Shown piece by piece: positions 1 through 12,689 of a DNA stretch of 64,000 nt (its first letter is position 1; each line of letters opens with the position of its first letter). Source of the stretch: Trichinella spiralis. Lineage: Eukaryota. Location: the NCBI RefSeq assembly GCF_000181795.1, contig NW_003526941.1:999844-1063843 (forward strand), in the 5' to 3' direction. The position numbers and the translations under genes are program-made. Below the pieces are notes generated by a model that saw nothing but the letters and a program-made list of their open reading frames with translations, was not told the DNA's origin and did not search any database.

Positions 1-1775
1 TCTCCGGCAAATCCAGCGGCAGCTGGCAGCACATGACAAGTGAGACGCTGATGATAGGGAGTTTTTTTTCAAACATAACTCGACACTGCGACACGAGTCC
101 AACAGGACCAGCAGCGTACAGATTTTCTAAAAGTTAGTATACAAGCAGTTAGTTGGCAGATATTTTCTACTAACTGCAGTTAGCAGCGAACAGATGATGG
201 ATAACAGACTAAAAGGAAAAACTCTCGATCAATTCTTAGCGCTGAATCAGATAAATAATACAATACAAAGAAACAAAAATAAATGAATGAAGAAATGTCA
301 TCACGGACATTCTTCACTGTGTACATACAATACAACAACATCAACATCAGCAGTAAATACAATCTGAAAATTTTCCATATCATGTGACATAAATTCTTCA
401 ACTTGTAGAAAAACAACGCACAAGTACACAACAAGTTATGAGAAGACAATTTTGCTCAATAAGAAAAAAAATTTTTTTAAGACTGAGAATTAAAATGTTC
501 ACAAAACACAAATACTGTGAGTGTGTAACAGCAGTAGATACGTTAAGCAAATCAATTCAGCTTTAAGAAATGATTATCCGTTCATAAATAATATGATTAT
601 AAATTATTTAGTAAAATTTGGCCTAACATCCAATTCAATTGAAATAACATGTCCAATTTTGTCAGTGAACAGACAAGAAAACGAGCAGACAGACATTCGA
701 GGAGTGGAAGAAATAATTGTGCACTGCTTGAATCTTCCAGTTTGAATTAAAGAATAAACCTATCACGTTGAAAACGAAATCTAATTTATTTTCTTAACCA
801 ACAACAGCTGACCATCTATCTCATCAACAAATTAAATGTCCATGCTAAGAAGGTGAAAAAGAAGCAACAAACGAAATTGAAAACCCATCCATAAAAATAC
901 GAGATCAAAATGTACGAATATGAAAGACTGAAGAAAAGACTTACAGTGTAGAAAGCAACAGAGAAAAAAAACTAAAGCGCAGAGTATTTTGATTGTAAAC
1001 TGTGTTTAAATCGTTAAGTGGCCAAGAAAACTAAATCACACCAGGCAACACATTAGAGGCAAACAAACAACACAAACGAACAAACAAACAAACAAACACA
1101 CAGTAATGCATCACTAGCAAAACTATACGGAGCGTTGACGCTTTTTGCGCCTCCAAAACCTAGAACTAATTATAACTGAACAACGGATACTAATACTAAG
1201 TAAGTGTCGGTGAGCGAACAAGCAAAAGCAAATATAGCTGACAAAAGAAAAAAATGTAAAAAAAACTGCACGCAGACAGACAGTATGTGTTCAGCAGGAT
1301 AAAAGCCACAAAACAACAGTGTACTACTAATATTTTATAGGATAAAATTTTCATTTGATCATTTTTACCTCCTCCACCTCCTCCTCCTGCAGCTGGCGCG
1401 GCTGGCGACAGTTGAATATGCGCGTTCTTATCCAAAACTCCGTTGAACACTGCATCGTCAACTTTGAGTCGTATTAATGGCTGGCCAGACGTGCCAGTCG
1501 TCGCAGTACCTATCCGCAAAGTCACTGTTTAGTTTGATAACACTAAATCTATTTGTTGGCCCCTGAATTCTATCTTTCATCAATTCAGACAACACTTTCA
1601 GAGGTCGTTATTTCACAAATATTCTGAACACTAGAAATGTCTGCTATTGAAAAATCATCTCTCGTCATTACTCAGAATATAATTTTTTACATCCCTCTGT
1701 TGGGGGATGAAAAATGGAAACTAATCAAATCACCACCGATAAATCAAATCTGGCCAGCAAGTGGGAGTTGTAAAA

Positions 1776-1806
<31 letters not shown>

Positions 1807-4610
1807 CTTCGTCAAAGCTTGCTTCTACATATCGTTATTGCTCAACGAAACAGCCTGCGCGTTGCGAGAGGCCTTTCTCCAATAGCAAAACAACACAACT
1901 GAAAAACAATCACTCACCTGGAGATGAAGAGATCTCTTCAACAATCGGCTCGCCAGTGGGCGTGTCACCGAACGTCTGCGTTGTAGTGACCGTCTTTTGA
2001 ATTGGCTTGCCGTCGGGACCTAAGGAAAAAAAATTGTCCTTGCTCACCACTTTTGCATGACTGAATCAACTTCAGCAAAACTGATTATCATTTTATTAAG
2101 TAATTTTGTTTGCACGCTTTCCCCGCTTCATTTTCCCTCCAATCACCTTTCACAATATTACAATGCATCGCTCGTTGGCTGATCAATTCACGAATATGCT
2201 TCAGATAGATCTTTTCAAAATGAACTTTGCCCCTGGTGCAAACTTTTCCAAACAACTTAGCTTGATAAACTCTTTAAAATGTTGGGTCCAGTTAAACTGT
2301 TCTAAAGATGCGTCTTCAAGCCGGCTTAATCTCACAAACTTGCACTTCCACTGCTCCAGAGTACGACTACTGAACAAATGAACGAACGAGAATAAATAGA
2401 TATAAGCAGTCGTCGACGACGACGACAGAGGATGTACGTACATACGTAAGCACGTAAGTACGTACGTTGGCGCCGAGAAGGATCTATTTTTATTCCTCTA
2501 ACATGGCCGGCCGACAACGCGCAATCATCAATTGATGCCGTCCTGTTCAAAATGCTAGTTCGCTCGAAGCAAACTGAAAACAATGGAACATGTAACAAAC
2601 GGCGATGATTAATCATCAACTTTCAAATCAAATAATCCACACACATTCAGTCGTTTCTAATGGAAAAGCTTCTTATTAAAATAAATGCATATATTCAGTT
2701 TTTGTGACGAAACTTTACGACGAAAGACTAAAGTTGAAGCATCAACCGCTGGTGGAGATTATTCTCTTTTTTCCATTCCAAAAATAACCATTTCACACAC
2801 AACATGCTCTTACGAACACCAAATATATATATATATTCTTGATAAAACATACGTGTCAGCAGCTCACCTTATTTCCCGTACGTCAGAAACCACTAACGTG
2901 TGGTGTGTGTACGTACAACGCTACACTCGTGTTCAACAACACCGATAGCGTGCTAATAATCTTCATTTCTTTAAAATTTCGAATCGAAACTACTTTTGAA
3001 ATCTGAGATGACGTGCCAAACATTTCATCTCACTGCATCTATTATGAATATACGTTTTTTCCCCCTTGCTCAATTGCTTTCTCCGACTCCACAAATCATT
3101 CAATCTGTGTCTATCTGCCATCTTTGTAAAATTTCAAATATAAAAATCCATCATTTTATCATCATATCATTTTGGAATATCATAAATGTCACCAATTTTC
3201 AGTTGCCTTTTGATAACAAAATACAACCATCGTATAATAAACCACCATACATTATTACATGTGATTTCAACAAAATTCAAAAGCATTAAAAACAAATGCA
3301 GAAAAACTGCTTACCTTCACTAAGAGTCCGAGTAGTGGTCACTACTCGCATTATTTTTTTCGTACTAACAAGATGACCATCTTCAACGTATCCCTCTTCA
3401 AGAGTTTCAGTTTCTTGCGAAGTTTCGACTGAAAAAAATTCATAATCACATATCAGTGTTAAAAGAATGCCAAAGAAAAAGGAAACTATGAAAATCATCT
3501 TTTCCTTTTCTTCTAAGAAAAATCACAAACTGAAGAATAATTCAAATATATATATATATATACGTATAATGAATAATAAACTGACACGCGCGTTTTATTT
3601 TAACGTAACCCTGTCTATTTTTGTGTGTGGCCTGAGAGAAAATTACCATCCGTATTTCGAGAATAATCTTCAGTGTCGATGAAATTCGACAAAGAAACGG
3701 TCGGCAAACAGCAATGAATGACCGGCACGCCGGCAAACAAGCCTTGCTGCACAACAATCGCCCGTTGGTCAACGTCTCTCGGTTCGTCATCCGACAAACA
3801 TTCCCCGTGCTGACCGCTCCAGTGCTCTGCTTCGTATAACTTTTCAGAAAAACCAGGTTCCACAAATCTGCCCGAATCGTAAGGGCGTAGCCGCGTTGTC
3901 AACTCACCCAACACTGGCCAACCGTTGAACAACCCTTGCACAACGGCACCGGATGGTGTGCACCGGTGAACGTATGGCGGTTGCTGTTCGTTGTCATCGT
4001 CCATTTCACTCGAAGCAACCAACAACTGAAATTTGCCGTCACCGCTGGACGATTGTTCGAAATCATCACGATCATCATCCTCAGAAGATGACCAACCACG
4101 CTCGTCATGCTCACCGCTCCAATATTCGGCTTCGAAATGTCGAACTGCAGAAGCCGGTACAAAAAATTCTGGCGATCTTTCTAGCAGTGGTTCCGAAATT
4201 GATGCCCTCAACAACGGTGAAGAAGTAATAATTAATTCGAAATTAGCCATCGGTGGGCAACTTTTCTCCTCCAGCGGCTGCTGTCGAATCAAGTGACTTG
4301 ACCGTTGTTCATACTCATGACAAATCTCTACTGCTCCAGCAGCACAAGGTTCATGCAAACTGCATTGCCCATGCTGGGCTGTGTCGCCAACACCGGCGGC
4401 GTTCAAATGCTCGACCTCGAGTCGCTCTGAAACTGACCGCAACTCTGAAATTAAATCACCATTCTTCTCCTCTTTTCTAAGGAATTGCAAAATCGTCCAA
4501 CTAAATCCTACATCATCCATCACCAATAGCTGTTGGTGTAACACTGCACTGAAGACGCAAAAGTAAAGCAAACAAAACAAACAACCGAAATGCGAGCAAT
4601 CAATCAATAA
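1..4610 (-). other. Near-identical copy of 39990-44580 (ankyrin exons at 3647-4543, 3315-3428, 1918-2019, 1369-1524 and the first 126 nt of giant exon 2); probably a redundant allelic contig
   Basis: Same ORF set at an offset of about 39,980 with scattered SNPs and small indels. It ends exactly at the N gap 4611-4620 and is garbled in its first 60 nt. Confidence 0.9.
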
Positions 4611-5585
4611 NNNNNNNNNNAACGATACTATTTGTGATAAGCAAAGGCACACTGGGACGGCTAGGAAACGCCTTTACGTCCATGTGAACAAGGGTTGCCA
4701 ACGGTACAAGCTTCATGGGATAACGTAATAATCTATAGCTATTATAAACAAAAACTACCTACTAATTTTTGTCATATCACATTGAAAACGCACTGATGAA
4801 AGATCTATACGGCACCAGCGCTACTCGACTGTCTCAACGTAATCTGCTAGAATTACAATCATTTCTTTCTTACTCTTATGATAAGTGAAACCACACTAGT
4901 ACCAATGATGAACGTCACTTCGTTAACTTCAACTCAGAGGGCCATCAGAAGAAACATCGAATTCGCTTGGTGTTAATGTAATGCTGTCATGGATAAAATG
5001 TGCACGCTTTACGTATCCAACTGCAATCAGGAGCAAATTCAATACTTACGGATGCCCATTTAGAACGAAATGATCTGAACATGACTTATCACGGTGCCCA
5101 AAACAAATAAAACTCCATAAAAGCTCAGGTGATGACGTAATCTGTAATTATAGATTTTACCAAATTCTACATATATCTGATTAGTCCATCGTCTTGCTAT
5201 CTAATGAAACAAAGTCAATACTTACTGTTTTTTGTCATACGTTTTTTGAACGCTGTCAGCAACTTCAACAACCACTGTTCAACAACTTTTACCCATCTTT
5301 ACTGATAATAGATTGCATCTGTGCATTTTCAAAATGTAGCAAGGCAAATGTAATTCTCAATTCGTAAAAGAATTCAATCAAGACCACCCAATCTATGATA
5401 TCATATACATGATAATTTAATATTAATGCTGCAGTTAGAATGAAAGTAATGTGGCGCTATTGGCACTGTAACCTAAAAACTAAATTTAACAGAAAAATTC
5501 AAGTGAAAAGCAAGGCACATTTATCATGATGCATAGTTACCATATTCAGTTAGTTTTCAGGTACTGTTTGTTTCACATTCATTGA

Positions 5586-6633
5586 TATGTCAATTCTGAA
5601 AGTAAATTATATCACAAAATAAAAAACAAAGAGTTCCTTCTTCTTCAGCATCTGATGTTCCTGAAAGTTAGCAATAACAACAATAGAAAAGAAACCCGTC
5701 AGTTTCCATTCACCATATAAGTAAAGTAACATGCATAGCATGCCACCACCAAAATATCAAATCCAACTTACCAGTTATTCATGGATGGTGTTGAAAAGCG
5801 GAATTATAGTTGACCACGTGCTAGATTGATAGCATTGCAGTGAACTGCATAACCTAATAAAATCGATGTGCTTGGTCAATTGTATAATAAGTAATTATGC
5901 AAATGACTATTTACTTTGCTTCGGAAGAATAACCTAATTTTCCATCAGTAAAAGCGCAGTAAAATGAACATTATGAGCAACACTATGAAAGGAAACGATA
6001 AATTTATTACCTTTTTATTACCCCTTCCTATTACTACGTAAAAATGCATTGTTATGCAATTTTCCCTAACATAACCTAAAACGGCAAACNNNNNNNNNNT
6101 TCACATTCCTAGATATGAATATAAAATAATATCAATTCTGAAAGTAAATTACATCACAAAATAAAAAACAAACAATTCCTTCTTCAGCATCTGATGTTCC
6201 TGAAAGTTAGCAATAACAACAATAGAAAAGAAACCCGTCAGTTTCCATTCACCATATAAGTAAAGTAACATGCATAGCATGCCACCACCAAAATATCAAA
6301 TCCAACTTACCAGTTATTCATGGATGGTGTTGAAAAGCGGAATTATAGTTGACTACGTGATAGTTTGATAGCATTGCAGCGAACTGAATAACCTAATAAA
6401 ATCGATGTGCTTAGTCAATTGTATAATAAGTAAATTATGCAAATGACTATTTACTTTGCTTCAGGAAGAATAACCTAATTTTCCATCAGTAATAGCGCAG
6501 TAAAATGAACATTATGAGCAACACTATGAAAGGAGACGATAAAATTTATTACGTTTTTATTTACACACTTCCTATTACTACGTAATATTGCATTGTTATG
6601 CAAATTTTTTCCCTAACATTACCTAAAACGTAA
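5586..6633. repeat. Direct duplication across a gap (about 5586-6089 vs 6130-6633)
   Basis: Near-identical 500-nt blocks on either side of the N gap 6090-6099. Confidence 0.88.
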
Positions 6634-7611
6634 ACTTATTAACATAAAGCATCGCAAATTACTAAAATTAAACGGAAATGCTATCACTGCGTATTTATGC
6701 ATGTTGTGTAATTTAGTTACTTGAAAGTACAAGGTGGTTCAAAAATTTATAATTTATCAATGCTTTTCTTCTAATCAAAATTATAATTTCAAATAGCTCC
6801 CACTGAAAATAGTTGCAAAAATAAAATACTTTTTCAGATTTATGGAAAATTAAACAGTTGTCATGAAATTTTGTAATATGCAGTTTATCTCAGCACAGAA
6901 GTTAACAACTGCGCAGCGTAGACATAATGATGGTAAGCGGCTGCTCCAGGGGGTATGCCGCTTGACAGCTCAACTCCACGTTCGTTTGCGCCTTATGATA
7001 ATTTATAGCAAGACTACAAACTTGGTTAAGCACTGCATCAGCGCGCTTCATACAATGTGAGAAAAACCCTAATCGCAGAAATTCAGTAACTGACCGATTT
7101 GCAATGAATTCAAGAAACTTATGCGGGTGACAATTCTGTATTGCATTTTATGCATAAAAAGAATAAAACAAAAGAATCAGGAGTAGCCTGGATTTGGTTA
7201 TATTGCTAGTCGACAGAAATTATGAGAAATTAGATTTATATGAGATAAAAACAGCTAAGTACTGTTCATTCAATTCGAAATAGGGGGGGGGGCAGAATTT
7301 TCAATTGAATGCGATCTCTGTTCAGCTTTGTATTATTACGAGCTCAATGATGGGGATCATTAGAAAGGAAAGGAGGGGGGACATCATAGCAGGAAGGAAT
7401 GGGCAAGAAGTTGAAGGATGGAGGAGGTGGAAGTTGTCATATGCGTTCTTCCACTCAATCATCACGTATAATATTCAGGCGTTGTTTCATTTATCAATAC
7501 TGACAACATTGATGGGCATTGAGTTATTTTCTCAATGACAGAAATTAGGTGCATCTGTATAAGTCAGTGCTACGGGCCATACAATATCATAATAGAAACT
7601 TTAAGGAGTCA

Positions 7612-10600
7612 TTTCAAAAATGAAGGGAACGTTACTGCCATTCTGAAAGTATCAAAGGTGGTAGTATAAAAGTGTGTTCTCTAACTAACAGCAGCTTTCG
7701 TATGTCATGCTGAAACAATCTTGTGCACGATTTGAGCAGTGACAAGCATTTAGGGGTGCGATTGTGCGACTGCAGTATCCCGATGACAGACATTTCCTTT
7801 AAACAACTGGGCAAGTATGTTACCTTAGCAATAAACATTACAGTGGGCAGTAAAGATAATGCGGGAGGGGTTCAACTGCTATGTCAGGGTACTACTTTAC
7901 AAATGGATTTGTAAGGACGATTGAAAATTATAGCAAAATATACCATTAGTACTATTATATATTGGCTTGGCCGTAATAAAGTGTCGAATGTTAATATAAC
8001 ATCATTACAGAAGAACAACGCGCTATTTTCCATTCAAAAAGACTAAAATCAAGCAACTACAAAAAGCTTAAAAAGCGCGCATGTTTAGTGCAGTGTGCCA
8101 AAAGAAAGAATGAAAGCATTGTATGAAAAATAGCAAATATATGAAAATTCATACCTGTCAGCAGACCTGTCAGGGATAGTGTAAAGCAAGCGTAGAGTCA
8201 TACATTTTGTAACTGATGTTCATGGTTTCTTCATATTTTTAGCCCCGCAATCGCACGTAATTGTTGCCGTGAAGCCATCATAATGAAACAACTAACNNNN
8301 NNNNNNTCATCTCCCGTGTGGGACATATTATGTATGCATATTATGTTAATTGTGAAGGTGAAAATGGTGAACGGAAAAGTATACTATGATTCTTTCGTCA
8401 TCTTGAAGCACCTGTAAAAATCAAAAGTAACTTTCTACTAATTATATTTATAAGTCAATCATGCAAGCAGAGACCATTTTAAGTTTACATTTTCTACGTT
8501 TGCCATGCTATGGGAATAGCATATATCACAAAAGTATCAGCATACATTCTCAAACATCATTTACCTTTTAAAAATACATGACTTTCAAAAGTGGAATTAT
8601 ATTTCTCGCATGCCACTCTTTTGTTGCATTTATTTCCAAATCATGACAATCCTGAAAGTGAATAATATTATTGTGGTCATCTCAACATAAAAACAAATAT
8701 ACGTACACGTTTGGGTAAACCATCTAAAAGGAAATAATAATAATATTAATACAGATGCCGATTAATGTTCTCTCACTATAATTACAAATCAACCAAATAG
8801 CATTCATAGAAAAGTAAAGGCAACATAATATCAATCATAATTCAAAGATGGTTATGAAGTGTGGAATTATAGTTGAACACGTGCCTCTAGCCGTCGCACC
8901 GCACTAAATAACTGAACATTATAGAAATGCTCTGAAGTGGTGTTTAATAGTAAATAAATTATGCAAATAGAAAAGGACTTTGCCTCTGGTAAGAACAGGC
9001 TCATTTTATATTACTTGTAGCGTGGTAGCGTGCATATGGTGAACAATTTAATTAAATGACGAACGTCATTTGCTTTTTATTTAAATACATAATATAACGT
9101 AATATTTCTTTACGATGCCAATTTCTTTCACTGAAATAGTATGAAAAGCTGAAAGACTAAATATTTCTAACACAATCTGCAAAAACTTCTAAATTAACAG
9201 AATTTAGCTGGATAAAAGTGTATTGTCATGCAGTACATTGTATTGCATGTTTTCCTTACAATCAATATTCAAAGTATAATGAGCAGTTTTCATCAAAAAT
9301 CAACTTACAAAATATAATATCAGTTAAATACATGTGTTGAATAAAATTAATAATATATTTTAGGAAAAGTTAGCATAGAAATAATGTTCAGCTTCATCCA
9401 TTTATAGGAACCACATTACCAAAATACCATATAATAAATTATATTTAGAGGAGTGCATAACCATTGATACTAACAACCACATTACAAACAAATACGATTT
9501 TCTAAATCATCACAGAAAAGAATACAGTAAATTTCAATCTATACATGCCTGTGATAAAGAAATGCGAAANNNNNNNNNNTTCAAAAAAAGGAGGGGAACG
9601 TACTGCCGTTCGAAAAGTATCAAAAGTGGTAGTATAAAAGGGTGTTCTTTAATTAACAGCAGCTTTCGTATGTCAGGTGAAACAATCTGTGCAAGATTGA
9701 GCAGTGACAAGCATTTAGGGGTGCGAATTGTGCGACTGCAGTATCCCGATGACAGACATTTCCTTTAAACAACTGGGCAAGGTATGTTACGTTAGCAATA
9801 AACATTACATGGGGCAGTAAAGATAATGCGGGAGGGGTTCAACTGCTATGTCAGGGGTACTACTTTACAAATGGATTTGTAAGGACGATTGAAAATTATA
9901 GCAAAATATACCATTAGTACTATTATATATTGGGTTTGGCCGTAATAAAGTGTCGAATGTTAATATAACATCATTACAGAAGAACAACGCGCTATTTTCC
10001 ATTCAAAAAGACTAAAATCAAGCAACTACAAAAAGCTTAAAAAGCGCGCATGTTTAGTGCAGTGTGCCAAAAGAAAGAATGAAAGCATTGTATGAAAAAT
10101 AGCAAATATATGAAAATTCATACCTGTCAGCAGACCTGTCAGGGATAGTGTAAAGCAAGCGTAGAGTCATACATTTTGTAACTGATGTTCATGGTTTCTT
10201 CATATTTTTAGTCTCGCAATCGCAACGTAATTGTTGCAGTGAAGCATCGAAATGAACAAATAACGGAATGCAGTAAGTAAATAGACCGCCCTTCAGCAGC
10301 GAACATTTATACTATAATGGAGTTCCTTCAATAAACAGAAATTTATATAAGGAACATTGCTACCGTATTTGAATAGCACAAAGTGCACGTAGCAGAATGC
10401 CAACGGCAGTGTTTACCATCACATTTGCATGAAGTTACTCTTCTGACCTAGAAATGCATGTATGCCTTGAAAACGTATAACAATGTAATGAGCCAACACC
10501 AAAGATTATAGTAAGTGCTGAACAACAAAAAAATCCTGAATACGTTACAGATCAAAGCCACTATTTATCACAAATAATATTATGGCGAAAATTAAAGAAG

Positions 10601-12380
10601 TATAAAATAGTGTCTTACGTAAATGGGGCTGCAGTGGCACGATAATAATATGTCGCAATATTCAGCAAAATTCATTCATTAATTTAAAGGAAATGATTGT
10701 TTACTGAACATTTCAATCAGACTTTGATCAACCACTTTTAAAAGAAGAAAAATGAATGCAAAAAACAGAAGAATGGTAAAACATGACATTTACTTAAAAC
10801 ACAAGCATAATGAATTGATAATTTTATGTAATGCACATGCAGGCTGAAGTACTGAAAATTGTGCATCACGGTTGTCACTTTAGTCAGTGTGGAACCGGCA
10901 ACATTTTTATCTTACATGCATGGACAAAATACAGAAGCAAATTATTAAATATTTATAGATTTTGCCCCCTTACACTTTACATCGTGCACCAATGCGCATT
11001 CATTTACGATGCGATCTAGTGATGCATATCTTTGATTTCTGAAAACATGTAAATTTAGCATGGTACTCACCATAATATAATGATTGCAAGTTCTACTTCA
11101 TTTTCATCTCCCGTGTGTGAAGTATTCTGTTTCATATTATGTTAATTGTGAAGGTGAAAATGGTGAACGGAAAAGTATACTATGCTTCTTTTGTTTGTTT
11201 GAAGCACCTTTAAAAATCAAAAGTAATGTACTACTAATAATATTTATAAGTCAATAGTGCAAGCAGAAACCCTTTTAAGTTTACATTTATTACGTTTGTC
11301 AAGTTATGCGAATAGCATATATCACAAAAGTATCAGCATACATTCTCAAACATCATTTACCTTTTAAAAATACATGACTTTCAAAAGTGGAATTATATTT
11401 CTCGCATGCCACTCTTTTGTTGCATTTATTTCCAAATCATGACAATCCTGAAAGTGAATAATATTATTGTGGTCATCTCAACATAAAAACAAATATACGT
11501 ACACGTTTGTGTAAACCATCTAAAAGGAAATAATAATAATATTAATACAGATGCCGATTAATGTTCTCTCACTATAATTACAAATCAACCAAATAGCATT
11601 CATAGAAAAGTAAAGGCAACATAATATCAATCATAATTCAAAGATGGTTATGAAGTGTGGAATTATAGTTGAACACGTGCCTCTAGCCGTCGCACCGCAC
11701 TAAATAACTGAACATAATAGAAATGCTCTGAAGTGGTGTTTAATAGTAAATAAATTATGCAAATAGAAAAGGACTTTGCCTCTGGTAAGAACAGGCTAAT
11801 TTTATATTACTTGTAGCGTGGTAGCGTGCATATGGTGAACAATTTAATTAAATGACGAACGTCATTTGCTTTTTATTTAAATACATAATATAACGTAATA
11901 TTTCTTTACGATGCCAATTTCTTTCACTGAAATAGTATGAAAAGCTGAAAGACTAAATATTTCTAACACAATCTGCAAAAACTTCTAAATTAACAGAATT
12001 TAGCTGGATAAAAGTGTATTGTCATGCAGTACATTGTATTGCATGTTTTCCTTACAATCAATATTCAAAGTATAATGAGCAGTTTTCATCAAAAATCAAC
12101 TTACAAAATATAATATCAGTTAAATACATGTGTTGAATAAAATTAATAATATATTTTAGGAAAAGTTAGCATAGAAATAATGTTCAGCTTCAATCCATTA
12201 ATAGGAACCACAATTACCAAAAATACCATAATAATAAATATAATTAGAAGAAGTGACAAATAAACAATTGATACAAACAACACAATTACAAAAACAAATA
12301 CGATTTTTCAAAATCATCAACAAGAAAGAATACAAGGAAATTTCAAATTCTATACATGCTTGTGATAAAGAAATGCAGAA
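7612..12380. repeat. Gap-associated duplications: about 7612-8296 = 9580-10264, and 8307-9569 = 11104-12380
   Basis: Blocks are near-identical in their cores and degrade towards the N gaps at 8297-8306 and 9570-9579. Confidence 0.88.
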
Positions 12381-12689
12381 AGTAAATGAAAGGTGAAATA
12401 TCCCCTTAAACAAAACGAAATGCGACATACAGAAAAATCGCTAAATCGCTTCACTTTCATGTGCTGATTACAGCATAAATACCATTTGAATATTTCTGAA
12501 AACATCAATAGCATTATACATTTGTATTTGAAAAATAATTAATATAGTTGTCAAAGAAAGTAAGCTTTATTACTTCAAATATAATGGATTGAACAATACG
12601 AAAAAAATATTGAAACAGGCTAATCATTTTTAAAGCAAAGTGCAAAATGCTTCATTTATTAAATTTCACGCAAATTGGGTATATATAAA

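Noticed and set aside
5586..12380. Near-identical duplications as recent segmental duplications or LTRs
   Set aside because: Every pair abuts a 10-N gap and quality decays towards the gap, which is the pattern of unmerged overlapping contig ends.
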